DNA of 62,512 bases, filler included, from Choristocarpus tenellus KU-1152 (Eukaryota; Protista; Phaeophyceae): the NCBI GenBank assembly GCA_964200185.2. It is 13 parts of 13 records of this genome, joined end to end, with 100 filler letters (N's around TTAATTAATTAA, not from the genome) between each part and the next. Parts side by side here need not be neighbours in the genome. Positions count along the whole stretch, not along the records: positions 11,390 to 14,308 come from CAXNAD020023658.1; positions 14,409 to 18,438 come from CAXNAD020016585.1; positions 18,539 to 21,439 come from CAXNAD020023791.1; positions 21,540 to 29,368 come from CAXNAD020005521.1; 9 more parts are not named here. One strand, given 5' to 3'. Positions 11,390 to 23,127 of this stretch are shown here, piece by piece. Each line of letters opens with the position of its first letter. Position 1 is the stretch's first letter. The position numbers and the translations under genes were made by a program. Below the pieces are notes generated by a model. That model was not told the origin of the DNA and made no database searches. It worked only from the letters and a program-made list of their open reading frames with translations.

Positions 11390-14308
11390 GTATAGGACTC
11401 CTGATGCACAAGTCGTCATGTATGCTGGATCTCTCACTTGGATTATCGTCAATATCATCGCATAAAATATCCTTTCAAACAAAACTTTGGCAATGGTCAC
11501 TTCTTGTTTGTCTGGAATGGGCATGAGAAAAGCAAAGCGTGTCAACTGACATATAGCCGAAAGAACATAACGGCAACCACGGGAAATGGTTTTATATTGT
11601 ACAAGATCAACAGCAATCCGTTCAAATAGTCGAGTGGCAGGAATTTGTCCTTGAGGTAATGTAGGACGTCTGTGAGAGGTTTTTCGTCTCTGGCAAAATT
11701 GACATCTTTCACACCACTCTCTAACATCTTTTTGAAACATAGGCCACCAATATCGGTCTCGTACCTTGTCAAGAGTATGAGAAAGACCAAAATGACATCC
11801 CGAAGCGGGATGGTCATGGCAAGCATGCAAGACCAAATAATTATTATTCTTTTGGAATCACTAATTGACCACGAAAAGCACGGTGTTTGCGTATATGCCC
11901 TGGAAAATATGATTGACAAAGCAAGTTAGTGTCAGCATCAACATAAAAATATGACATGCTATACCTCGATTCACGTGGAGGTAAAGACACTGAATCAGGA
12001 GCTTGTAAATACGCAAAGTAAAGAGAAATTAGTTATTTTGTGCTTCCCGAATTTTGGTGTGGTCTAGAGTTGGAAAGATGTTCACAGAACTACTAAAACG
12101 TTTACGGTCACTCTGAATTATATCTAATTCATGAAGGCGGTCTGGATATATTTCGTATGCTTGACGTGGGATTACCGCATTTGAAATAGTGTTTTCCGGA
12201 ATATTCCTACAAATAGGAGAAAGTACTTTTGGCATACGATCAATCACAATATCAAAAAGACGAGAAAGGGCATCAGGTACAACATTGTCTCTGCTAGATT
12301 TATGATGGACTGTAAAGTCAAAACATTGAAGAGCAAGAACCCAACGTGTCAACATATTATCTCTGTCTTGCATGTAATACAGATATCGGAGTGCCGCATG
12401 ACCAGTGAATAAATCAGAATGTCGACCCCAAAGATATGGGCGGCAGTGGTTAATGGCATGGACTACTGCTAAACATTCTTTGTATGTGGCTGAATAATTT
12501 CATTGTGCCCCATCAAATTTCTTGCTAAAGGAAGCCACAATATGAAGTGAGGTATTCGTTGGATCATCTGAAGCTTTTTGAACAAACCACCACTACCCAG
12601 ATTGGAAGCATCCACATGTACCAAAAAATATTTTGAGAAGTCTGGATAATGTAAAAGGGGGGCCATTGTTAATGCTATTTTAATTTTTTCTAATGTGTTC
12701 TCGTGAACTGATGTCCATGCTTTTCCAATTTCACCAGAAGGACGAGAGATGACTTCTTTACGTGTAAATTTTAGAAGGGGTTATGTCAGATCTGTATAAT
12801 GTGGGATGAACTTTCGACAAAAGTTGCACATACCAAGGATAGAACGAACGTCCTTTATTGTTCGGGGAGTGGGCAGGTCAACAATAGCTTGAATTCGAGC
12901 TTTTCCAAGACGTACCCCTGCACTACAGACAATATGGCTAAGGTATTCAACTTCTGCTGGACCAAACTTCAATTCAGAAGGTTTAAAAATTAAAAGTAAG
13001 GCCAGCATTTTGAAGGGCGATAAAAAACTTTTCAAGCAAAGTTATATGGTGGTGCCAAGTGGTCGAACAAAGAATGAGATCATCTGTGTAACGTCACAGA
13101 CCTGACCCCGTGCCAAAATCAGATAGAGCTCGAGCCATCATACGTTGAAAAATAAATGGAGCATTGCTCAAACCAAAAGGAAGTCATTTTCATACAAACT
13201 TGCCTTAATGGGTGACAAAAGCAGTCTTGTCAACGTCTGCTTCCGCCACAGGAATCTGATGATATGCTGATTGAACATCTGCAACAGAAAGAAATTTTGC
13301 TCCACCAATGGAATCAAGATGTTTAATTAGGTGTTTATTAATGGTCCGCTGATAATCAATGCAGAATCTTGGGGTCCCATCTGCTTTAGCAACAATAGTA
13401 ACAGGGGGACCCCATGGGCTAGAACGAGGTTCAATCAATCCTTGGTTTTGTAAATCGTCAACACATTTATCAACAATACCTCTCACTTGTGGATTGGTAC
13501 GATATGGTGCTCGACTAATAGGTCTGGTGCCTGGTTCGAGAGGAAAATCGGCTTCAGCAACGGTGCAAGTTCCCAATTCAGAGGTATCAAGGGAAAATAC
13601 TGAACGGAATTTGGCACAAAGATGCAGTGTTTCTTGGATTTGAGATGAAGAGGAAGTAGTGTTGATAAAAGCAGGTTTCAACGCATTATCAAGACACTTT
13701 CGTTCAGGCCCGGATAGAGATGTTGCAGAAATAGTGTGAGAGTGTTTGGTATTGATTATGTTTGCAGGGTAGATGTGACCAAGTAAAGTATTCTTGGGTA
13801 AATGAACTGCTTGTGGACATATTAGCAATTTGTACTACCCCTGATCCATCATCAGAATCCCACGTTGTAACTGTTCAAGCAACAGCAATAAATTGCCAAG
13901 GGTCATTAATATTAAGTGAATTAATATTAAGTGAATTAATATTAAGTGAATTAATATCATGAAATGAACAGATACGTGGTTCTACTACATCAGCATCACA
14001 AGTTACAGAGGGGTTTTCCTCACTTACAGCAGATACAAGCGTTTCAGATTCTCGGGGAATGGAAATTTTTTCCTTCAAACGAAAAGGGGTAGAAGGAACT
14101 TTTGATTGTATAGCTTCTATTTGAACAGGGAGATGACATATCAAAAGAAAGGGTAGTATGATGAATGGAAGGTATGACAGTTGTACTTTTTTCGAATGAT
14201 AACCTTTGAGTTTTCCAGTCATGTGTCGCTCCAAAAGCATCAAGAATACTGTTATCAAGCAGAACATCATCAGGTCCTAAAGTGAGCAACACTAAAGCTT
14301 CAACTGGG
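11390..14308 (-). mobile_element. Ty3/gypsy LTR retrotransposon pol (protease-RT-RNase H-integrase), frameshifted
   Basis: Protease tail LGPDDVLLDNSILDAFGA; RT PRSSPWGPPVTIVAKADGTPRFCIDY, DVQSAYHQIPV, KTAFVTH and YTDDLIL (about 13075-13090); RNase H VHVDASNLGSG; integrase HDHPASGCHFG...CERCQFCQRRK, AVDLV. Truncated by spacers at both ends. Confidence 0.95.
13906..13957. repeat. 15-bp tandem repeat x3.5 (TTAATATTAAGTGAA) inside gypsy pol
   Basis: Directly visible; in frame, encodes (NSLNI)n on the minus strand. Confidence 0.95.
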
Positions 14309-14627
14309 NNNNNNNNNNNNNNNNNNNNNNNNNNNNNNNNNNNNNNNNNNNNTTAATTAATTAANNNNNNNNNNNNNNNNNNNNNNNNNNNNNNNNNNNN
14401 NNNNNNNNATAATAATCCAGAATTCGTGAGCAAAGCAAAACCCTCCAAAATGATTTGATTTGTTTTTTCAACATCAAACTACAAAAAACAAGTAGGGGAT
14501 GACAAATAAAATACGATTAGTAAGACGAAGTTCAGGTTTTTAACGCCAACAGGATTCGGCTCGCAGCTTCTACCCACCTCGGTTCTGCCCTTGTGCTCAC
14601 CAGGCGCTTGTGACCGCGGTCACCACC

Positions 14628-17600
14628 ATGGGCGTCCTCCACAAATTCCTGAGAAGGTTTCAGGGGGAATCGAGTGGAAGTCGGAAGGTATTGCGGAAGT
14701 TTGTACAAACTGTTGTAGGGTCTTTCTTGTTAGTAAGCCGGCCTGTTGCCGAGATCGACCACGTGAAGATTTACCTTACAAATCTACCCTCTGCTTCACC
14801 TTCTTTTACTTTCAAAAATAGGGAGAGACAGATTTGGATGACGACCTTCGGACCTTGCTGGGCAAAATGGACCGTGACACGAAGCGAGATCTCATTCTGC
14901 AATTCGGAGACAAGCGCCAGAAATCGCGCATCCTGTCGCCCAAACAGGGTCAACTGTCAGATTTCAACACTAGCAGAAGAGCTTCTGCTCCGGGTGCTGT
15001 GAACAGTCCCCGTAAATCCTCCTTGCTGGGAGTTGTCAAAGAGGAGAATGAGGTGACTTATTAACCTTCACCCAAAGTGGTTTGAAGTGGACCTGCATTT
15101 GTCGATCACTCTGAGTGCTACACTGTTTTTTTCCCCACTCAACGTGATAGAGGTGGTGTCTTGACTGCATGGGTGAATCAAAAGGCAAGGATAGACGGTA
15201 CTGTTGGGTTGTCGCACTTAATTTGTCTAGTGGGTTCGGGGAGGTGACCCACTCCTGACTTAGCATAGGTCGGTGAGTCGCTACCAGGGTTCGCCCATTT
15301 TGTACGTTTTGTCGTGCAATCGACCGGACGATGCCTCTCCTTCTCACAATTTGACCATGTGATGTACAAGGAGAATCGTAAATACGAAAAATGAGGTTGT
15401 GGGTGCAATATAGTGTGACTCCAGGAACAAGACAAGATCTGTTTACTTAATTTTTGGGTCGGGCAGGGACCCTTGTGCTGTAATATTCAGAAAGAGTTGG
15501 CGTGATTCAACAGGTTCATCGGGAAATCCGGTTGTGGCTGAAGATGTCACGTTTTCCCTTGCTGTAGCACTTAGTTGGCCTAACTTGGTGGTAACCACTC
15601 TGGCTTGTCGAGGGCATTGTGAATCAAACATTTTGTCATTGATGGGTTAATCCCTTCAGCGCATTGATACAACTAGTTACTCCATTTCCCTCACACCAGA
15701 GCATCTCTCTGTCGAGACATGGTCATCTTGCTTGGCACACCAACCCAAGTTGAAAACCCACAACAAACACCACACAGAGAGTCTGTGCAGCGGACGGCCA
15801 TGTTGACCTATTATTTTACGTATCCCGACGTCAAAACACCCCTTCAACAGTCATGCACCTATTGTCGCATTGCCCCCCTTACCATGTAAAGACACTCCTA
15901 GATCACTACACTCTGCACAGTTTAGTAAACAGCCTGATGTCTTGGTTTGAGATGCGAATACGATGGTACTTCCACTCCTAATTGTACATTGTCACGATTG
16001 CGCACGATGGCATGCCTCTTTTCTCGGTGGTCTACACCCCTCAGACTCACCCCTCTTCATTTTTCGCTTCGTGTTGCCTCCTCTTCTATCCTTTAAGGGC
16101 TCTCTCTCTCTCTCTCTCCTTTGACAATTGATTTCCATGTGCTTGTTGCAAGTATACCCTTTTGGGCAAGTTTGAGTCTCTCTTTTTCTCCCCTTGCTAT
16201 AATACAAACCGCCAGGAGGAAAAGCCACTGGAGAGAACACCGGAAATGTTTGCTGAGGAACTGCTGGAGGCTGTGGACCTACCAAAGCTCAAGCTCCTGC
16301 AAGATCTGCGGCTTGCTATTAAGCGTGCCAATGACAAGTGGATCGGTGCCTTCAGGGATAGCGATGGCATGGCTGGCATGTATAAGGTAAGGTGCTGGAT
16401 TACAGTTTTTTTTGTGTTAAGTAAGAAGTGGCAAGCAGTTTGTACCTAATCCCGATAGGGTAATAGAGTACACTTGACAGGCAACACCTCTCTAGGAAGA
16501 TTTGTGAACGTAGTAGAGTGGTTGCGTGGTTTGTGACTACTTTGAGGCGGAAAAATATGATCCTGTGCTAAGTAGGAGCCCTGGGGTTCCGAAAGCAAAC
16601 AGTTATGTTCTATGAGTGCAGTTAGTAAGGTGTATCTCTTTTGCAGAGGAGGGGAGGGGGTGAGGGGAGATGGTGAACAGGTGGAGGGTCAAGAAAATAT
16701 TAAACCCATTATGAGATAGTTCCCGCCCCCCCCAGAGGGTGTTTATTTTCATATGCATCAACTGCAATTGGATGAATCTTGATACTGACAAGGGATGGAA
16801 GGAAGGGAAGTAGGATAGGAAAGGAGAAAATTATGATTCTTCAAAGGTTTGATGTCTTTATAATTTTGTACACATCACAACATGACTGTAACCTCTACTG
16901 CTGTGCAGGGACATGGTGGTGAAAACTATGATTCATGTTGGTTTGTTTTTATCCATAGCTGAGTATTTGAGATGCAAGGCAGGAACATTTCTTGAGTAGT
17001 GAATGGTAGAGCTCTATTTTACACTGCTGTACTATATTTATAGCAGTAGTATGGTTGGGGTTGAACTCTAACTCTAACTCGATCCCTGTTTACTTTGAGA
17101 TCCACCTCCAAGATTTTTGCTCTACCTCTATTTCTATTGCTAGTGGCATTGATACCATTATTGTGATACCCATCCCACTTAAATTTAATAGTAAAAAATA
17201 GCTAGACAAAAGTGTTGCATCATTTTTTAATTTTCTGGTTGGTAGTGTGATTTAGGGTGGTGGTCTCCTCCCTTCAAACCTTTGTTGTCATGGTGTTGTC
17301 CTTGCAGGTAATGGCTGAACTGGCGGAGAGCAGGGACGACTATCTTGAGGAGGGTGATGACGACAATGTCAGGGGGGTGAGAGAGAGTCGTGATAGAAAC
17401 TTTTCTTGTGTCTCTTGTGTTGAATTGTCAATACAAAAAAATGGCTGGTATTCATTTTGGGATTGTTGGGTTGTTCAAGTGAGTTTTAGGGTTGCATGCA
17501 GTCTGAAGTACTAAGAGTATCCAATGGTTGTATTGATAGTAGTGATAGTGATAGGCTTAGGGTCCTGAAGTGAGTTACTTTGTGCACATTTTGAGTTTGT

Positions 17601-20394
17601 CTCTATTTGCTGTTTTTGCTGTGCAATGTGTATGTATGTCATGGTAGATGGTCATATGCAAGCACCCAGGGGGTGATCAACTGGCATAATGAAAAAACTT
17701 TTCTTTCATCAGAGAAGGAAGAGATGGATGAGCACCCTGTGTGAAAAGGAGTAAGTATATCTTGCACAATTTGTGGAGGATTTAATATTGAAGGTTTAGT
17801 GTGCTGTTATAACTGCCCTTGTGTATTAGGAGAGAAAGACCTAGTGAGGAACAGACCATTGTTGTGGGTGTAATAGCTTTTTAAAGCAAGAGGTATGGAG
17901 AAGGGGCACCAATAATGTGACTGGTTCAGCTTAATTTATTTTTTGGCATCTTTCAAGTAAGAGCTACATCCTCCTTGGTAACACTGGTAGATCATGGCTC
18001 GTTGGTGCAGACATTGAGAGATAAGCATGAGTGCAAACCCGGATGATGGATGATTGTGTTGAGCGTTGAAGTGATAAGACAACCCACCTGCGACTACACA
18101 CCTCACCCCCTCAATATGTTTGTTTTGAAATTTTTGTGGTTTGGGACAGGTACCTCCAGAAGAGATCAAGCTGGAGGAGGAGCTGGTGCACTGCCTAATG
18201 CTGCTGCTAAATAGGCCGACGGGGTTGATCATGCTTGAGAACAGTACTGAACTCATGCCTCTCCTTAGTGTGAGTCAACCTAACGAACACCCCCACTCCC
18301 TCTCCCTATTGATATATTAAATCTACAAAAAGAAATTGCTTGACCCACCCACATTGGCTCAGTTCCCCCCCCCCCCCCCCCCCCCCCCCCCCGCCCCGTA
18401 GGTAAAAAAAAAAAAAATATTATTATTTTTTCTCTCCTNNNNNNNNNNNNNNNNNNNNNNNNNNNNNNNNNNNNNNNNNNNNTTAATTAATTAANNNNNN
18501 NNNNNNNNNNNNNNNNNNNNNNNNNNNNNNNNNNNNNNGTTTGATGGAAAAATAAAAGGTTCTTTTTCCTGTTTTTGGCCCAAAGGGCCCCTGGGGTGGG
18601 GCCCCCCCCCCCCCCCCCCCAGATACTTTGGGTCTAGGATACCATGGATATACCATGAATATTGCTCAACTCGAAACTGATCATATGGCGAGGTGAAAGA
18701 GATCTACCTTGTGCTGTGCTGAACTATACTATTCTATACTATAAATAGTACACCAATTACCCTTATGCCTTCCTAGCTGATATATCCCATTCTACTACAG
18801 TGTAAATCTGATGGATAGTCTTTTACGAGCAACAGAAGCTGACTTCCACATCATCCAGATTGGCCACTATATAATTGTGTGTATTTTTCTTATTTTCTCC
18901 TCTGTTTTTGCTCAAAATAAGTTGGCATTCTGGGCGACGGTGCGTGAACCAGATTGTAATGAGGCCTCCCTCTCAGCTAGAATGTCTGCTTTGGTGGGTG
19001 GGGCATCAGGAAAGGCTCGGCTAGATCCCCAGCAGAGGCTTGACTTTGCTTCTGCCTGTGCTGGTCTCGTGGCCGAGGTTATGGCATCAGATGATGAAGG
19101 TGAATCTATTGGTGAAGAGAAGAATTTGCTTTAACATTAAAGGTGGTTGAGGAATTACACTGGTGCAGTCAATTTGGCACGTACCCCAGTATACTCCTAT
19201 TCACAAGGGATATTGAGGAAGGATCACACATCCACTCTCTCTCTAATAGTTAGAAATTGTAGGGGAGAAGACAGCAAAACATAGTAGCAAAAAAGAGATT
19301 GGAGAAGAGGAAATATCATTTAAAGAATGTAGCAAACATGACCATAGAAAGGACTACCGTATCAGATAGACCAACTCCTATGTAAACAATGACAAGCAAA
19401 CACAACACTCCTGAACTGACTTTGAAGGTGAGCAGGAATATTCCTATGAATCTGTCAAATCTCTCCCAGCCCATCTGCCTGGAGTACCTGATTTAAAGCG
19501 CAAAACTCTTCTGGAGATGACCACTTGAGCAGCGACTGAAATAATCTGTCATAAATGCGATTTTACAGCTTCCTTCTGCTAATCATCATCCCCTCCCCTA
19601 CTCATTAGTCCATAGAAATAGCTCTGCGAGTGTGTCAAGATGGATGAAGCTTGCTACTGCAAAGGTATTGAGGTTAAACCTCTTGTCAAACAATGGAGAC
19701 ACCTTTGTCCAAAATATCATAGTCATACTTCCATTTATCTACACTAGATCTCTACCGTGCTACTATAAAATACACTTGTTGTGTTATACATCCACTATAC
19801 AGTATCTTGCTCAGCTCTGGAGGAACCAGTTCAGTGGCATTATAGATTGAGATCCCTAACTGTGCATTCACGAAAATGCCGAGTTTGTTAATGATGATGT
19901 CAGTAAACAACTAAGTCAATGGATATCACTGAATACCTTAAGCTATCGCTTTAATCTTTGTGCAACTACACACCCCTTCTCCTCCTAATGCCACCGTGGG
20001 AAAATTGATGGCACACCATCAAACAGCTGGCCACACACAAGAGTCCAAACAGTCAAGACAGGGGCGATTGCAGGGGTGCCTGTTGATGACTCAAGAACAC
20101 TGGCTGGATGAGCTGCTTACAAATGGGGGAGCAACCAAGGATGTCAAAGGGGACGGGATCGGTGGGGGACAAAAGGCTGGTCCTGTATCGACTCTGGAAA
20201 CAATGACATATCCCAATATTGATTCTGCTCCTGCACATATCCCTATCTCTGCCTCAGAAGATATGATGGAGGTAGAAGAGGAGGAAAATAGCACTGGTGG
20301 TGGACAAAGGAATAGGGAGGGTCAAAGGAGTGGGTCAGGGCAGGTTAGCGCAGTCCACCTTCTTGCCATCATGGTGCAGGAAATCGATATCCAG
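14628..20394 (+). CDS. Formin, diaphanous/FMNL-type GBD/FH3 N-terminal region (5' part; FH1/FH2 not in window)
   Basis: Phase-consistent GT-AG exons 14628-14687 (MGVLHKF), 14822-15052, 16216-16386 (LQDLRLAIKRANDKWIGAF), 17308-17376, 18150-18269 (EEELVHCLMLLLN). After the spacer: 18922-19099 (LDFASACAGLVAEVM) and about 20027-20394 (MVQEIDIQ). Resembles Drf_GBD/Drf_FH3 helices. Confidence 0.75.
15100..15640 (-). mobile_element. gag remnant with degenerate CCHC zinc knuckle in formin intron 2
   Basis: WSNCEKERHRPVDC resembles CX2CX4HX4C; fragmented ORFs. Confidence 0.5.
18539..18634 (+). mobile_element. MITE family A, right part
   Basis: Ends in poly-C followed by AGATACTTTGGGTC. Confidence 0.75.
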
Positions 20395-20552
20395 GTGAAG
20401 AATGAGTTGAAACTGCATGGCAGAGACACACCCTGATTCCCATGCGATACAACGGACAAAAGTTGAAAAAGTGTATGTTCATAGACTCAAAGACTCTTGA
20501 CATGAGAGTATCGCCAAGTTCCATGTCAGATCCCTTCTCTTTGCCATCTACT

Positions 20553-20730
20553 GGTTCAAAGTATCTGGGGGGGGTGGCGGCTGCCCATTTGGGGTCATTT
20601 TTTTCATGTCGCGATTTTTGGGTCATTTGGTTGCATGCGTTGAATGGATGGTTTAGGTGCACATTTCCTGGTTTTATCCCAAATGGACACCTGGTGTAGA
20701 CCGCCCCCCCTCCCCCAGATACTTTGGGTC
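20553..20730 (+). mobile_element. MITE family A, complete (178 bp), TSD ACT
   Basis: Termini GGTTCAAAGTATCTGGGG...CCCCAGATACTTTGGGTC flanked by ACT/ACT. Confidence 0.92.
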
Positions 20731-20759
20731 ACTCCATGTCGCACAAGAAATCTCCTATC

Positions 20760-21430
20760 TTCCTGGAGGCAGTGGTTGGGAGCTACATCGAAATGACTTG
20801 CAGCAAGTAACATTTTGCAATGCACAAGTCCAGTAATTGCCTCAACCAATAATGCAAATCACAAGTCCCAGACATTGACAGTTTCTTGGATGATTATTTT
20901 CAGACCCTTGCTTGTGTACATCTGGCAAGAATCAAGAGGAAATAGCATAGAATCAAGAGGAAATAGTCTTGTTTCAAGAAGCACTTTGCAAAATACAACT
21001 AGCTATGATGATGATCAAGCGGAGGTATACTAGAGTATGCATATTATTGGTTTATCATGGAAAATGAAAACAAAGTGTACCGTGAGTGTTCAGATTGAAA
21101 TTGAGGTATCGTCACCCATGCACCTTCCAGCACAAGTTTGACAATGTTTTTGGCGATAATTTGTTGAGAATTCGACAAGAAGAATATTGCGACAATGGTT
21201 GACAAAGAGTGTTGTTGGGATAGTGGGGACTAGGAACTATAGTGACATGTCGCTGTTTCATGTATATGCGTTAGGAATATGAAGATGTGAGGATGCAAGT
21301 GTAAGGGAAGCAGAACATACTCGGAGAGAGATAGGCAGCAAGCTGAATGCCCCTGAGCAAGGGAGTGATATTCCACAGGGTCATGAACTCTTGAAACGAA
21401 TCTGGTAACAATCAACAGGCTTAATATACC
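20760..21430 (-). mobile_element. Very degenerate gypsy-type integrase remnant
   Basis: Weak segments AIFFLSNSQQIIAKNIVKL and WVTIPQFQSE (compare HGxPxxIxSD). Confidence 0.3.
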
Positions 21431-22557
21431 TGAGGGGGGNNNNNNNNNNNNNNNNNNNNNNNNNNNNNNNNNNNNNNNNNNNNTTAATTAATTAANNNNN
21501 NNNNNNNNNNNNNNNNNNNNNNNNNNNNNNNNNNNNNNNTTTCTTTAGAGGCCTTTTCTCCCCCTTCCCGCCGGGGGGGGGGGGGGGGGGGCATTGAAGA
21601 TTTTTGGCTGCTGGAAGAATTGGTTGATTTATTTATTTTTATCTGAAGACTGACTGACTGACTGACTGACTGGCTATTGAATGCTGTGATGGAAGTTGAG
21701 CAGTTTATTTATCAAGTTTGATTCCTTTTTATTTTTTCTTGTAAGAAAAAAAAAGAGTAATGTTGTAACCGACAGGGAAGGGGATAGAGAAAAGTTCTGT
21801 CAAGACCCGCATTTAATTAAAAAAAAAATGAAAATAGCATCATCCTTAACAAATTTCTGTGCTTCGAATTTTGTTGTTACACAACTGATGAAATACTTGA
21901 TTGCTGCTCTAAGGGTCTGCTACTGTTGTTGGGGAGTGTCAGGTGTGTATCTATGCCGTATTATTGTTTTTTTGTCAGGTGTGGGGAACTAAGCAGTTTG
22001 AATTAAAAAAAAAATGGTAGTGTGGATGGATACTGTATGCCCAGGCAGGTATGTGTATATGAAGGCTCTTTTTTAAGTACAGATATTTGATAGATGGGGT
22101 TATTGCTGTGTTGTACCTGGAAGTACCAGAGAGATACAAGAAGGGATTTTAGTATCCGCATCTGTATCAGGCGTGTTTGCAGTGAGATGTGGTGTCTTGG
22201 GTACCAGAGGATGGAGCTCTTGGTTTGGTGAAGCTTGTTTCAGTGTTTATGATTATTGTGTTTTAATTGTGTTTTAACCCTCCCTCACCAAAAGGTGTCA
22301 CATTGAGTTAGATGGTACGTTGGGTGCGTGGTGGTTACTGTGGTTCCAGTAGCTCCTTGAGCAGTATTGAAGTGAACAATACTCCTTTTTTATTTTCTTA
22401 TATACTCTTGTTTGTGTACAGTTCTTGACGGTAATGCATTCTTTTTATTTGTGAAAAACGTAGATACTTCTTTTTTATATCTAGGGTTAGGTTTGTAGTC
22501 ATTTTTGTAAATGTACTACAGTACAGGCATTTTTTTTGTTCTGCTTATGATTATTAT

Positions 22558-22588
<31 letters not shown>

Positions 22589-22595
22589 CCCGATG

Positions 22596-22800
22596 TAGTA
22601 TAAAACATCAAAGTCATTATTATTTCCAGTAGTCTTCTATTTGGTACAACAAAATATAATCTGAAACATCAAAGCCTGTAGTATAAAACATCAAATCCTA
22701 TAATCTAAATCGTCAAAATCTGTTTTCTAAAACATAAAAACCTATAGTATGAAACACCAAAACCTGTGATCTAGAATATCAAAACCTATAATCTAAAGCA
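22596..22800. repeat. Degenerate minisatellite of about 21 bp (TAGTATAAAACATCAAAxCCTR-like)
   Basis: Recurrent AAACATCAAA.CCT.TA units. Confidence 0.75.
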
Positions 22801-23127
22801 TCTGCACGAGATTATGCCTTTCAATAATATGATAACAATGAGAGTCAAAATCCTCAATATATTTAATTTTGTATATACTATATATATATCTTACATATTT
22901 TGTGTATAGAGATTTGTGATATACTACAAATAAAAACAGCAGTGGTAATAATGTCTATGTGACTATGAGGTGACTTGTTATCTCTGGTGCTATAGATGTT
23001 TCTCTCGTTCTTATTGCCTACTGAATACATCCATATCCATCATACATTGCTCTTGACACACATACATACCATGTGTGTGTGTATTTGTGTGTGTGCGTGT
23101 GTGTGCGTTTTACCCTTCATCATGCAG

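Noticed and set aside
20553-20730. MITEs acting as introner elements
   Set aside because: Copies lie inside existing introns, between genes or within other transposons; none defines an exon junction or has splice-site termini.
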